51,554 nucleotides of DNA from Bacteroidales bacterium (GCA_038214085.1 JBBQSF010000003.1:1-51554); one strand, 5' to 3'. Positions 17,126 through 27,848 are shown, counted from the first letter of the stretch. Notes: generated by a model not told the origin, from the letters alone. Numbers and translations: made by a program.

Positions 17126-19618
17126 TTAATCAATTGACTGGTTGATTGAAAAATGGAATTGGCCTTTGTTTGCACCAGGATTACCTGGTATCTCATCAAA
17201 TCCATAGCCCCAGTCGAGACCAAGTAAGCCAAACATTGGAAGATAAATTCTGACTCCTATACCTGCCGAACGTTTTACATCGAAAGGGTTGAAATTTTTG
17301 AATTTGCTCCAGGCATTACCAGCTTCTAAAAACCCTAGCGCATAAATTGTTGCCATTGGATTGAGTGAAACAGGATATCTTAATTCGAGCGTATATTTAT
17401 TAAAAACAGTACCACCAATGTAACCAGAGTTGTTTTTTGGTGTAAGTGTATTGTTTCCATAACCTCTTAATCCAATAATTTCACGGCCATCAAGAGCAAA
17501 ACCTGAGAGTCCGTCTCCACCTAAATAAAATCTTTCAAAGGGCGATAATCCAAGTTCGCGATTGTACAAACCAAGGAAACCAAATTTTAATCGGGTGTTG
17601 AGTACCAAATTCCCTGCCAATTTTGTAAACGATGATGTACTAAATTTCCATTTATGATATTCGAGCCATTTATATTTCTCTTTATCTGGAAGATTTGTAT
17701 AATCTTTTGAGGTAAAAAGTGAATATGGGGGTGTAAATTGCATGGATAATGACATTTCGGAACCACTTCGAGGGAAAATAGGAGCATCAATAGAGTTTCG
17801 CCCTAAAACAGCACTATAGTTCAAATTATTTGATTTGCCATCAGTAAATGTGAAAGAAGTAAAGTTGGTCATGTCATAAGTTTGGAAGCTGAGTCCTTGA
17901 TAGAGCGTAAAGTAATCATCAGGCCATTGAAGGCGTTTGCCAAGTTCAACCGAAACTCCATTAATAACAATAGCCTGGCGATCATTTTCTCCCTTTTTCA
18001 ACCCGTTGGTCTGAACAGAGTGATAAACAGAAACGCTCAATGAATTTGGCTTTTTTCCTCCGAGCCATGGTTCGGTGAATGATGCATTATAGGATTGGTA
18101 ATATGTTCCGTTTGACTGAGCGCGTATGCTTAGTTTTTGTCCATCACCAGAGGGTAAAGGAGTCCATGCACCTTTTTTGAAAAGGCTCCTGCCAGAAAAA
18201 TTATTAAACGACAATCCAAGCGTTCCAACAATTCTGCCTGCACCCCAGCCACCGGATAGTTCAACCTGATCGCTGGAGGCTTCTTCAACTACGTATTCAA
18301 TATCCACGGTTCCGTCGGCAGCATTTGGAATAGGATTCACAGATAGTTTCTCTGAATCGAAATATTTTAACTGTGCGAGTTCCCTCTGTGTGCGTATGAT
18401 ATCAGACCTGCTGAATAACTGACCGGGTTTAGTTCTGATTTCTCGAATAACCACATTGTCGTTTGTTTTTGTGTTTCCTGAAATGGTAACTTTGTTAATG
18501 GTTGCCTGTTTTCCTTCGTAAATACGTATTTCAAGATCAATAGAGTCGTTTTCTACGGCAATTTCTACAGGGGTAACAGAGAAGAAAAGATAGCCATCGT
18601 CGAGGTAAAGAGAGCTGATATCCCTGCTATCGAGGTTCATGTAAAGATTGGCATCAAGTACGCTCTGGTCAAAAATATCTCCCTTTTTTATACGTAGTAT
18701 TGAATTTAAATCAGATGCAGTATATTTGGTGTTTCCAACCCAGGTAATATTTCTAAAAAAATACTGGTTGCCCTGCTTAATATTAATTTCAATATTTACT
18801 GTTTTTTCATTGTACTTATAAACTGTATCCGAAATAATTTTTGCATCTCGGTATCCAAAAGTATTTAATTTTTCTATGAGTTTAATTTTGTCTTCATCAT
18901 AATCTTCATCGGTGTATTTTGAACTGGAGAAAACGCGGGAAAATTTCTTCTCCTTAGTATGTTTCATTGCTGATTTAAGTTTCTTGTCAGCAAGAGTAAT
19001 GTCGCCTTTAATAGTGATTTTGTTTATTTTAACTTTAGCATGTTTGTTTACATTAATGGTTAAAGTTACGCTGTTAGCAATTGATGTGTCTTTTTTCATA
19101 ACCACATCCGCCTCAGCAAAGAGAAAACCTTTGTCGATAAAATATTTTTTAATAGTGCTCTTTATTTTAATCAAAGTATTATCGGTAACCACATCACCAC
19201 GCGTAAGTTTAATTTCGTCGCGAAGTTTATCGGCTTCAGATTTTTTTACACCGGTAAAAGAAAATTTAGAAAGTTTTGGTCGTTCCTGAAAATATATATC
19301 AAGAAAGATCTGATCTCCTGTAATTTTTGTAGCATATATTTTTATATCTTCAAAAAGACCTTGTTTCCAAAGTTTTTCAATTGCTTTTGAAATATCGTCG
19401 CCAGGAACTTTTATTTTATCGCCAACAGCTAAACCCGAAAGGGAAATCAACACATTATTGTCGAGATATTGTACCCCGGAAGTTGTTATTCCGCCAATTT
19501 CATATTCAGTAGGGTTTGAATAACTAATTTTCGACAAATCGTCGGAAAGGTTTATCTGGGCAAAAGAAGGAAGAGATAAAACGGTAAGCAGAGCTATTCC
19601 TAAAAAAAAACTTTTCAT
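17126..19618 (-). CDS. bamA: Outer membrane protein assembly factor BamA
   Basis: POTRA repeats (GNTKT.D.VV.RE), ELSGGWG, ERFYLGGDG..LRGY and G.G.RIYLPMFGLLGLDWGYGFD. Confidence 0.96.
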   Translation of the reverse strand: MKSFFLGIALLTVLSLPSFAQINLSDDLSKISYSNPTEYEIGGITTSGVQYLDNNVLISLSGLAVGDKIKVPGDDISKAIEKLWKQGLFEDIKIYATKITGDQIFLDIYFQERPKLSKFSFTGVKKSEADKLRDEIKLTRGDVVTDNTLIKIKSTIKKYFIDKGFLFAEADVVMKKDTSIANSVTLTINVNKHAKVKINKITIKGDITLADKKLKSAMKHTKEKKFSRVFSSSKYTDEDYDEDKIKLIEKLNTFGYRDAKIISDTVYKYNEKTVNIEINIKQGNQYFFRNITWVGNTKYTASDLNSILRIKKGDIFDQSVLDANLYMNLDSRDISSLYLDDGYLFFSVTPVEIAVENDSIDLEIRIYEGKQATINKVTISGNTKTNDNVVIREIRTKPGQLFSRSDIIRTQRELAQLKYFDSEKLSVNPIPNAADGTVDIEYVVEEASSDQVELSGGWGAGRIVGTLGLSFNNFSGRSLFKKGAWTPLPSGDGQKLSIRAQSNGTYYQSYNASFTEPWLGGKKPNSLSVSVYHSVQTNGLKKGENDRQAIVINGVSVELGKRLQWPDDYFTLYQGLSFQTYDMTNFTSFTFTDGKSNNLNYSAVLGRNSIDAPIFPRSGSEMSLSMQFTPPYSLFTSKDYTNLPDKEKYKWLEYHKWKFSTSSFTKLAGNLVLNTRLKFGFLGLYNRELGLSPFERFYLGGDGLSGFALDGREIIGLRGYGNNTLTPKNNSGYIGGTVFNKYTLELRYPVSLNPMATIYALGFLEAGNAWSKFKNFNPFDVKRSAGIGVRIYLPMFGLLGLDWGYGFDEIPGNPGANKGQFHFSINQSID

Positions 19619-19621
19619 TTA

Positions 19622-20368
19622 TTAACTTTTATTTATTTGTTCACTTGTTTTTCCAAACCTCCGTTCACGATGCTGAAAATCGATAATTGCTTCATACAAA
19701 TCTTCTTTTCTGAAATCGGGCCATAATTTTGGTGTAAAATACAATTCGGAATATGCAATCTGCCACAATAAAAAATTACTGATACGAAATTCCCCGCTTG
19801 TACGGATCAATAATTCGGGATCAGGGATATTTCCTGTTGTTAAATATGTCGAAAACATGTTCTGGTCAATTTTTTCAGGTGTAATTTCGCCTGATTTTAC
19901 TTTTTCTGCTATTTGTTTTGCTGCTTCAACAATTTCCCATTTTGAGCTGTAGCTTAAAGCTAAAACCAATGTCATTCGGGTGTTAGAGGCTGTTTTATCT
20001 ATTGATTCCATAAGCTCGTTGAAGCATTTTTTTGGTAAACTTTTCAGGTCACCGATAGCGAGCAAACGAATATTATTGTCGTTTAGTGTTTTGGTTTCTT
20101 TATTTATTGTTTTTACCAGCAATCGCATTAATGCATTTATCTCATATTTAGGGCGATTCCAGTTTTCGGTAGAAAAAGCGTAAAGGGTAAGAAATTTAAT
20201 TCCAAGTTCTGCGGCAGCTTCTGTTGTTTCCTTAACTGCAACTACACCATTTTGATGGCCAAAAATACGAGCATTTCCAAGCTTTTTAGCCCATCGACCA
20301 TTGCCGTCCATAATAATGGCAACATGTTCGGGTAATTTGTTAGTATTTATTTTTGCCTTAAGTTCCAT
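19622..20368 (-). CDS. uppS: Undecaprenyl diphosphate synthase (isoprenyl transferase)
   Basis: HVAIIMDGNGRWA, YAFSTENWNRP and IRTSGEFRISNFLLWQ; TATATTTG element at 20380-20387. Confidence 0.97.
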   Translation of the reverse strand: MELKAKINTNKLPEHVAIIMDGNGRWAKKLGNARIFGHQNGVVAVKETTEAAAELGIKFLTLYAFSTENWNRPKYEINALMRLLVKTINKETKTLNDNNIRLLAIGDLKSLPKKCFNELMESIDKTASNTRMTLVLALSYSSKWEIVEAAKQIAEKVKSGEITPEKIDQNMFSTYLTTGNIPDPELLIRTSGEFRISNFLLWQIAYSELYFTPKLWPDFRKEDLYEAIIDFQHRERRFGKTSEQINKS

Positions 20369-20438
20369 TTATTAGCATTCAAATATAAAACCGCCACTAT
20401 AATATAATAATAATGGTCGGAAGTTGATACAGGTTCTG

Positions 20439-21296
20439 TTAGTCTTTTTTAAATTCACGGTATTTGCTGTGATTATTGTAGGCGGGGCATGAACCTTTTC
20501 CACCGGTTTTAAACTTAACAGTAATAAAAAGTCCTGCAAAAGAGTACCAGTCTTTCGTTGAAGAGTTTCCGCGTTGCAAGTCAGTATGGTTCACGCTTTC
20601 TCCCGGAGCAATAATTGTTTGGTCGGCTAGGGCAGCGGCATTCGCGCCATTTTCAGCAGCCAAAACAAGCGGGTCGGCATAAGTTGTGCTTACATCGTCG
20701 AGATAATCAGTTGTGCTTTTACGTAAACCCCATTCTGCTCCAAAACAAAATGCTTTGCCGATACTGTATTTTAATCCAATTCCAAAAGGAATAGCAACCT
20801 TTGTGAGTGAGTATGGCTTCCGGTCTGGGTACATTGATGTGCCTTGTCCTTCGGTTCCCAATGGCTGAAGATCGTAAGTTGTTCCGTTGTATTCTGCTTT
20901 AGGATTGAAAGAAAAAACGGACAGTCCTGCAAAAATATATGGTGTAAAATATTGTTTGTTGTCACCGGTTACAAAAGGAAGAAAATTCAGTTCAAGTTGT
21001 GATGAAATTTCAGTTAGCGGAGATTTGAAACTCAGATTTCTTTTTTCGTTGAACTTGGACTTTGAATCGCTTCCCTTAACAGAGCCTATAATTCCATCAA
21101 ATTTTAAGGCAAAACGCTGATTGATTATGTATCTGTAAATAATTCCTCCAGCTGGTTTTGGGAGAAAAAATTGTTTTGAGGGGTTCATGTCTCCAAGATA
21201 ATATGATGCACCAGCCATAATACCGATCTCGTTTCGCTGGGCATTGATTGTAAAAAATGATAACAGGATAATAACTAATGCACTGATTTTTTTCAT
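20439..21296 (-). CDS. DUF6089/PorG-like outer-membrane beta-barrel protein
   Basis: YYLGD, RNLSFKS, LQPLGTEGQG, TDYLDDVS and RGN...KDWY motifs; lies directly upstream of uppS-bamA-skp. Confidence 0.8.
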   Translation of the reverse strand: MKKISALVIILLSFFTINAQRNEIGIMAGASYYLGDMNPSKQFFLPKPAGGIIYRYIINQRFALKFDGIIGSVKGSDSKSKFNEKRNLSFKSPLTEISSQLELNFLPFVTGDNKQYFTPYIFAGLSVFSFNPKAEYNGTTYDLQPLGTEGQGTSMYPDRKPYSLTKVAIPFGIGLKYSIGKAFCFGAEWGLRKSTTDYLDDVSTTYADPLVLAAENGANAAALADQTIIAPGESVNHTDLQRGNSSTKDWYSFAGLFITVKFKTGGKGSCPAYNNHSKYREFKKD

Positions 21297-21305
21297 AAGA
21301 ATAAC

Positions 21306-22232
21306 CTATCTGTACTTAGGTAACGTAAAAGCACCCTTTGGTATTTTGTAGTAAAAGGAAATAAAGGCAAACATATAGGAATCTTTGTCGCGTGGATCAC
21401 CTCGTTGTTGACCGGCAGCAGTTACATTTACAGGGTTTCCGTATTCTGGGGGTAATGAATAATTTGAAGGGTTAGCAAAATAAACAGCCATAGGCCCTTT
21501 TTCCTCCATTAACGCATTGGGATCAAAATAAGTTTTGCTTACATCATCAACATAATCGGTAAAAGTTTTCCGAATTCCATATTCAATGCCAACCGACCAC
21601 TCATTGTTGAGTGCGTATTTAAAACCCATTCCAAAAGGAATAACAACCTGAAAGTTTGAATATTTTTTTCGTGTTGGAACCATACCTTGCCCTTCGGTAC
21701 AAAGCGGACGAAGCGCATACCATTTCCCATCCAATTTGGACTTGGGGTTCATATATATTCCGCCAATTCCTGCAAAAAAGTATGTTTGAACATTGATGTA
21801 ACGCCATCCGCGAATACCCTGTAGGTTGTATATGTGTCCGGGTCTTTCTCTTCCAATAATATATTCAAACTGAGCGGAAAGCTCAAGAACAGGTGATCGA
21901 AAATTGATATTGCGATTGTTTCGGAAGGCTTCGGTTGTGAGTTTGTCATCGCCACCTACAAAAGCGTAAACGAGATTTCCTTTAATAGCGGTTTCCTTTG
22001 ATACTCGATAGCGGTAACCTAAAATAAAATCAGGACGAATTGATTTTGCGTCAAAATCCTTAATTCCATTGGTTCCAATCTGGTTTGCTCCGCCAAGTTC
22101 ACCTAAGAAGTTAGTAGCACCAGAGCCAAAGAAAAACTCTTTTCTTTTTCTGCGCCACAAAGTAGATTGAGCGCTCGAAAAGTCGATAAATAAAAGAATA
22201 AAAACAAAAGCCAATAAAAGTTTTCGTTTCAT
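21306..22232 (-). CDS. DUF6089/PorG-like outer-membrane beta-barrel protein (paralog)
   Basis: NFLGELGG, RNINFRS, LRPLCTEGQG, TDYVDDVS and QRGD...KDSY motifs; TATTTTTG element at 22255-22262. Confidence 0.78.
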   Translation of the reverse strand: MKRKLLLAFVFILLFIDFSSAQSTLWRRKRKEFFFGSGATNFLGELGGANQIGTNGIKDFDAKSIRPDFILGYRYRVSKETAIKGNLVYAFVGGDDKLTTEAFRNNRNINFRSPVLELSAQFEYIIGRERPGHIYNLQGIRGWRYINVQTYFFAGIGGIYMNPKSKLDGKWYALRPLCTEGQGMVPTRKKYSNFQVVIPFGMGFKYALNNEWSVGIEYGIRKTFTDYVDDVSKTYFDPNALMEEKGPMAVYFANPSNYSLPPEYGNPVNVTAAGQQRGDPRDKDSYMFAFISFYYKIPKGAFTLPKYR

Positions 22233-22291
22233 GGTGCTTTATTATGTTAATCTGCAAAAATAATGTATTTTAAGGAAATTACAAATAATAA

Positions 22292-23173
22292 TCAATTTCT
22301 TTTATCCAGCCCCCACATCAGTTTATTTCTGATTGTTGAAAAGAATTTTTCATTTTCGAGGCGAACGAGATTGATAAAAAACTTTTCTTTTTTTATGATC
22401 AGTTCTATCGAATGATCAATTGATTGGGCACGGGAGTCAAGACCTACAAGATAATTTTCGCCACGACCGTCAACTTTGAGTTTTATTTCATAAGAGTCGG
22501 GGATAACTATAGGGCGTACAGTTAGATTATGAGAAGCTATGGGTGTGATGACAAAATTTTCTGATTCCGGAGTTATAATCGGACCGCCACAGCTCAGAGA
22601 GTAGGCAGTAGAACCAGTTGGTGTAGCAATTATTAATCCGTCGGCCCAGTATGAATTAAGGTATTGATTGTTAATGTATGTGTTAATGGTAATCATTGAT
22701 GAAGTATCTTTCTTGAGAACCGTAAGTTCATTCAATGCAAAATTTAATTCGCCAAAGAGATTGTTTTGTGTATTAAGACAAAGCAATGATCTTTTTTCGA
22801 GTTTGTATTTTCTTGCAACAACATCATCAATTGCCTGAAAAATGTCTTCTTTCGAAATGCTTGCCAAAAAACCGAGACGGCCAGTGTTTACACCTAAAAT
22901 AGGTATGCCAGAATTGCGTACAAAAGTTATGGTGTCTAAAAACGTTCCATCACCGCCAATGCTCAGAAAGAGATCTGTTCCGGCTTCTATAATTTCTTTG
23001 TGTGTCGAAAATGTTGCAATGTTGGAATTAAGGCGTACTTTCTGACCTAAAAAAGCATAAAAAGGCTCATAAATTAGAATACTGCTTTTAGCCAGTTCAA
23101 GTTTGGTAATCAATTGTTGTACATTTATTGCAAACGAGTCGGGGAAAGACTTTCCGTATAGTGCAATTTTCAT
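22292..23173 (-). CDS. nadK: NAD kinase
   Basis: GGDGT, NTGRLGFL, ALNE and DGLIIATPTGSTAYSLSCGG motifs; TAAGTTTG element at 23189-23196. Confidence 0.96.
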   Translation of the reverse strand: MKIALYGKSFPDSFAINVQQLITKLELAKSSILIYEPFYAFLGQKVRLNSNIATFSTHKEIIEAGTDLFLSIGGDGTFLDTITFVRNSGIPILGVNTGRLGFLASISKEDIFQAIDDVVARKYKLEKRSLLCLNTQNNLFGELNFALNELTVLKKDTSSMITINTYINNQYLNSYWADGLIIATPTGSTAYSLSCGGPIITPESENFVITPIASHNLTVRPIVIPDSYEIKLKVDGRGENYLVGLDSRAQSIDHSIELIIKKEKFFINLVRLENEKFFSTIRNKLMWGLDKRN

Positions 23174-23196
23174 TTTATTATTTTTTTACAAACTTA

Positions 23197-24612
23197 CTAA
23201 ATTGGTGCAACAAAATGCAAGAATATTCCTTTTTCCCCTTTTTTATTAATTGAAAAATCGGCACGGAAAACTTTGTCGTAGTATGTAACAAAATCAATTC
23301 CGATACCTGTTCCGTATAGCATCTGATCCACAAGTGCATCGTTTTTATTGATGCCATGTTTTTTTACATACCCAGCATCGGCATGAATGTTTACAAAAAG
23401 AGAGTAATAAAGTTTATTGAATTTTTTCAGAGGAATAAATTTGAAATGTTTTACACGGGTAGGGATAATTTCAAATTTAAGATTTGATTTAAAAATAGCG
23501 AAGTTTTGCCCATCAATAACGTAATACTCATAACCTCTGATATAATCTCCGCCAAATCCAAGACCTCTTTCAAAAAAATAGGGCTGTACCGCTGGAGTTG
23601 ACAATTTAAAGTTTGTACCTAAAGCAATATAAATTCTTTTTGTAAGTGGAAAATACTTGCGTATTGAACTGTGAACAAATAAAAAATCAATATTTTCATT
23701 TTTAAGCAAACCAAAGCCTGATTTTGAGATTTCAATATCCATATAATGTCCATTGAGTGGGTATTCCTTAAAATCGCGGTGATCGTTTTTCAGCAGGTAA
23801 TAAAAAGTAAAATAATCAACTGCTGTCCGTTTTGAAAAATCAGGATTCAAAACCAGCAAGGAGTCGGAGAAACGGTAGGAATTAAAATTGAGTTGAAAAG
23901 TGTGAGTGGTGTAAAAGTGTTTACGGTAAGTGATTTGGAATGTGGAATATGTATTTTCTTTAACATAATTTTCTTTATCCTTATAAAATTGCTGTTTGTT
24001 TTCAATGGTTGAAAATGCAACTTCGTGGTTTCCGGCAAATCCGGCTGAAAATCCAAGCCCTAATGTTTTTTTAAAGTTGATGTAAGGTATTTTATATGCA
24101 ATTCCGTAAGTTTGATCGTAACCCATAGCAACAATTGCCTTCAAACTTTCCTTACGACCTCTGAAATTTTCCTGAGTAAGAGAAAGGCCATAATTTGCAT
24201 GTGAAAAATCTTTGGTTTCCCACCAGGTATTAAAGTTCCTGTCCGATAACGAAAAAAATGGAGCAGGCCAGGTATACCATCGTTCTGCAACAACAATTGA
24301 AATTTTAACACCATTTTCTTCAACTAAAGTGTCAATGGTTACAAAATTAAAAAGTGAAGTATTTAATAAATTTTTGTTTGCTTTTTCAATCAGCGATGGA
24401 AATGCTGATTTTACAACGGTATCACCAACTGAAAAAGAAAGTTCCCTGAGAATGATATGGCTTTTTGTTTTTTTATTTCCAGTAATAGTAATATCCTGAA
24501 TAATCAGAGCGTTTTTAACAGCATGTTGCGAAAAAAGGAATGATGTTTTTGTTGATGTAATGAGAAGTACAAATAAAATCTTTAAGAATGAGTTACAGTG
24601 CAACCATTTCAT
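23197..24612 (-). CDS. Omp85/BamA-TamA family protein with a single POTRA domain
   Basis: ITGNKKTKSHIILREL...LLNTSLF POTRA, ENFRGRKE, IRGYEYYVIDG loop motif and YGTGIGID. Confidence 0.8.
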   Translation of the reverse strand: MKWLHCNSFLKILFVLLITSTKTSFLFSQHAVKNALIIQDITITGNKKTKSHIILRELSFSVGDTVVKSAFPSLIEKANKNLLNTSLFNFVTIDTLVEENGVKISIVVAERWYTWPAPFFSLSDRNFNTWWETKDFSHANYGLSLTQENFRGRKESLKAIVAMGYDQTYGIAYKIPYINFKKTLGLGFSAGFAGNHEVAFSTIENKQQFYKDKENYVKENTYSTFQITYRKHFYTTHTFQLNFNSYRFSDSLLVLNPDFSKRTAVDYFTFYYLLKNDHRDFKEYPLNGHYMDIEISKSGFGLLKNENIDFLFVHSSIRKYFPLTKRIYIALGTNFKLSTPAVQPYFFERGLGFGGDYIRGYEYYVIDGQNFAIFKSNLKFEIIPTRVKHFKFIPLKKFNKLYYSLFVNIHADAGYVKKHGINKNDALVDQMLYGTGIGIDFVTYYDKVFRADFSINKKGEKGIFLHFVAPI

Positions 24613-25268
24613 AGTTTCAGGTAATTCATTAATGAATCAAATCTTTCCTTAAGTTCGTCGTTGTATTCTTCGCCGGAATGGCTTGCTGTAACATTGTAAT
24701 TATATCTGTTAAATGTTTGCAGCACAGGCCGGATATCCATTTTGTTCAGCTTCATAGTAACCTCAAGCTTGGTGGAGTCGGGGAAAGAAGTAAGGAAGAA
24801 ACTTAATATTTTTGCATCGTTTGATTCCACGATCTGCGCAATTTCGCTCAGTGAGTAATCGCTCTGATTTAATTCAATGGTAATTATCCCACCCGGATTT
24901 TCAACTGCTGTCATTTTGGAGAATTGCTGAATGAGGCTGCTGATTGTTATAGAACCAATATATTTTGACTTATTATCAAGTACTGGAAGCAGTGTTAATT
25001 TCTGTTCGGCAAATAATTTAATAACATCAAAAACATTTTGTGTCTGTTCGATATATTGGCGTGATACAGATAAAATATGATTTCCCACAGGTTCTTGGGG
25101 TGAGTTGAGGTCATAAATGTCGGACTGAGAAATAAGCCCTAGAAATTCTTCATTATTTACAATAGGCAAATGTGATACCTTGAATTCTTCCATGAGCGAA
25201 AGGGCTACCTGAGCAGTATCTGATGTTTTCAGAACAACAAAACTGGATGCGAGTTCTTTGGCTGTCAT
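24609..25268 (-). CDS. CBS domain pair plus ACT-like domain protein (AcuB-like)
   Basis: VSHLPIV..FLGLIS and LLPVLD..YIGSIT repeats; DYSLSEIAQIVESNDAKIL. Confidence 0.85.
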   Translation of the reverse strand: MTAKELASSFVVLKTSDTAQVALSLMEEFKVSHLPIVNNEEFLGLISQSDIYDLNSPQEPVGNHILSVSRQYIEQTQNVFDVIKLFAEQKLTLLPVLDNKSKYIGSITISSLIQQFSKMTAVENPGGIITIELNQSDYSLSEIAQIVESNDAKILSFFLTSFPDSTKLEVTMKLNKMDIRPVLQTFNRYNYNVTASHSGEEYNDELKERFDSLMNYLKL

Positions 25269-25352
25269 TGATTATTTGCGTAAAATAAAGTTGTAAAATA
25301 AAATGTTATATCCACAAAAATAAAACTTTTCGGAACAAACAGAGTATTTTTT

Positions 25353-25360
25353 TAGCTTTG
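25353..25360 (+). promoter_or_regulatory. sigmaA -7 element for pdxJ
   Basis: TAGCTTTG overlapping the track's TTG start, which favours the ATG at 25379. Confidence 0.6.
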
Positions 25361-25378
25361 CATAATAAAATAGTTGTT

Positions 25379-26095
25379 ATGGTCCGATTGAGTGTAAATA
25401 TAAATAAATTTGCAACACTGCGCAATGCAAGGGGAGGAAATCTTCCTGATGTGTTAAAAGCAGCAGTGGATTGCGAGCGTTTTGGCGCACAGGGAATAAC
25501 TGTTCATCCAAGACCTGATGAACGTCATATCAGATATCAGGATGTGCTTGATCTTAAACCGATAGTTGCTACAGAATTTAACATTGAAGGTTATCCTTCG
25601 GATGATTTTATAAATTTGGTATGCAGTGTAAAGCCTGCACAGGTTACGCTTGTGCCCGATGCTCACGACGTTTTAACATCAAATGCTGGATGGAATACTA
25701 TTAAACACGAAGCTTTTTTAAAAGAAGTTATTGCGGAGTTTAAGGCAAACAATATCCGTACTTCGGTATTTATTGATCCGAATATTTCACTTATAAATCA
25801 CGCTGTTTTAACAGGTACAGATAGAATAGAACTTTACACTGAAGCATTTGCAGCGGAATACAGTCTTGATGCACAGAAGGCAATAGATCCTTATGTAAAA
25901 GCCGCTCAACGAGCAGTTGAACTTGGTTTGGGAATAAATGCAGGTCATGATCTTAGCTTGGAAAATTTAAAATTTTTTGCGGCTCATATTCCCGGTCTTG
26001 CAGAAGTTTCTATAGGTCATGCACTGGTGTGCGATGCCATTTACCTTGGACTTGAAAATACCATTGGTCTTTATTTAAAATGTTTATCTGTTTAA
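25379..26095 (+). CDS. pdxJ: Pyridoxine 5'-phosphate synthase
   Basis: [40 protein letters not shown] and EVSIGHAL motifs. Confidence 0.97.
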   Translation: MVRLSVNINKFATLRNARGGNLPDVLKAAVDCERFGAQGITVHPRPDERHIRYQDVLDLKPIVATEFNIEGYPSDDFINLVCSVKPAQVTLVPDAHDVLTSNAGWNTIKHEAFLKEVIAEFKANNIRTSVFIDPNISLINHAVLTGTDRIELYTEAFAAEYSLDAQKAIDPYVKAAQRAVELGLGINAGHDLSLENLKFFAAHIPGLAEVSIGHALVCDAIYLGLENTIGLYLKCLSV

Positions 26096-26143
26096 AAAAT
26101 ACTGTCATTACAAATCATTCTGCGTTTTTTTAACTGGTATTTT

Positions 26144-26908
26144 ATGAAGCTTTTTTACAGAGAATTTGGAAATGGGAAACCATTTATCATTATTCATGGT
26201 TTATTTGGAATGTCGGACAACTGGGTGGCAATTGCAAAACAGATTGCAGAAAAAGGTTTCCGTGTTATTTTGCCCGATTTGCGTAACCACGGGCAATCCT
26301 TACATAGTTCTGTGTTTGATTACCCTTCTATGGTTAACGATTTACTTGATTTATTTAATAGCTTATGCATTAACAAAGCATTGATATGTGGTCATTCTAT
26401 GGGTGGTAAGGTGGCCATGAATTTTGCAATTGCACATCCAGACCGAGTTGAAAAACTTATAGTTGCTGATATGGGTGTGAAAGAATATGCAGTTCACAAC
26501 AATGATATTTTAGATGCCATGCTTTCTGTTGATTTTACTGCTGTTTCATCGCGAAAAGAAGTGGAAGAAAAAATCGAAGAGTTTGTGAAAAGCTACAGTG
26601 TAAGGCAATTGCTGATGAAAAACCTTAACCGAAACGGCAACGCTTTTGAATGGAAGCTGAATGCCTTGTCAATAAAGGATAATTTTAAAAATATTTTTTT
26701 AAGAGTTGAAACAGAAAAGCCTTTTAATAAGCCTGTACTCTTTATTCATGGCGAATTGTCGGATTATGTTTTAGATTCTGATTTTGAAGATATCAAAAAA
26801 ATATTTCCATCAGCTGTTCTTGAAGCAGTTCCAAACGCCGGACACTGGATTCATGCGGATAATCCTGAGTTTTTTATTGAAAGTATTTTGGATTTTTCTT
26901 TAGCTTAA
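26144..26908 (+). CDS. Alpha/beta hydrolase (YbfF-like esterase)
   Basis: HGLFG, DLRNHGQS, GHSMGGK and AGHWIHADNP motifs. Confidence 0.92.
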   Translation: MKLFYREFGNGKPFIIIHGLFGMSDNWVAIAKQIAEKGFRVILPDLRNHGQSLHSSVFDYPSMVNDLLDLFNSLCINKALICGHSMGGKVAMNFAIAHPDRVEKLIVADMGVKEYAVHNNDILDAMLSVDFTAVSSRKEVEEKIEEFVKSYSVRQLLMKNLNRNGNAFEWKLNALSIKDNFKNIFLRVETEKPFNKPVLFIHGELSDYVLDSDFEDIKKIFPSAVLEAVPNAGHWIHADNPEFFIESILDFSLA

Positions 26909-27759
26909 AGCCCCGCCAATTCATCTTTTTTAATTTTTTTGCGATAAACCATTGCAGAAATAAGAATGCTAAATTCGTAAAGCAGATAAAAAGGAATGCT
27001 CACCATCAATTGACTAAAAACATCGGGAGGAGTAATAATTGCACCAACAATTAAAATAATTACAATAATAATTTTCCGGTGCTTACGTAAAAATGCTGGT
27101 TTAATTACTCCTATTTTAGTTAGAAAAAACACAAAAACAGGAAGTTCAAAAACCAAACCGGTAGCAAGCGAAAGAGTTGTTACTGTACTTATATATGAAG
27201 TTAGTGAAATGTAATTTTCAATTTTATCACTTACACTATATGTTCCCAAAAAATTAATTGTAAGGGGCACAATTAAAAAATAACTGAATAGTACACCAAA
27301 AAGAAAGAGGATAGATGTTACGATAACAAATCTTGCGGAATATTTTTTTTCATTGCTTTTGAGAGCCGGCTTAATAAAGCGAAAAATTTCCCATAATAAA
27401 TAAGGAAAAGCAATTATTACACCTCCAATCAAAGAAATATAAATGTGAATTGTGAGCTGCCCGGACATAGTGGTATTGATGAGTTTGAGCTGAAGGTTAT
27501 TTATGCACAAATAATCAATCGAAAGTTTTTCGCCCAACCAACAAAAAAAAGAATTTGTAATAAAATTATCAGATTTTGGAGCAAGAATTATATTGTCGAA
27601 AATAATATCTTTATACACAAATGCCACCCCTGCAAAGACAATAATTGCAATAGCAGAACGTATAAAAATCCAGCGTAATACCTGCAGATGCTCCCAAAAC
27701 GACATTGCTGCTTCAGGGTTTTTGGTGTTCGCTTTTTTATTGCTAACTGTTTCGGGCAT
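26905..27759 (-). CDS. tatC: Twin-arginine translocase subunit TatC
   Basis: MSFWEHL..LR, FIKPAL, GLVFELP and AIITPPD motifs. The ATG at 27759 is preferred because TACTTTTG at 27787-27794 overlaps the track's TTG start. Confidence 0.94.
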   Translation of the reverse strand: MPETVSNKKANTKNPEAAMSFWEHLQVLRWIFIRSAIAIIVFAGVAFVYKDIIFDNIILAPKSDNFITNSFFCWLGEKLSIDYLCINNLQLKLINTTMSGQLTIHIYISLIGGVIIAFPYLLWEIFRFIKPALKSNEKKYSARFVIVTSILFLFGVLFSYFLIVPLTINFLGTYSVSDKIENYISLTSYISTVTTLSLATGLVFELPVFVFFLTKIGVIKPAFLRKHRKIIIVIILIVGAIITPPDVFSQLMVSIPFYLLYEFSILISAMVYRKKIKKDELAGL

Positions 27760-27848
27760 TTTGTTGAAATCCTTTTCAAAAAAAAACAAAAGTAAGATAT
27801 TTTAGAGAAATTCGCTGAGTGAATTTAAAAAGGCAGGACAAACGCATC

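Noticed and set aside
26905-27759. tatC without adjacent tatA, and a 4-bp convergent overlap with the hydrolase gene
   Set aside because: Unlinked tat genes and short tail-to-tail overlaps are ordinary.
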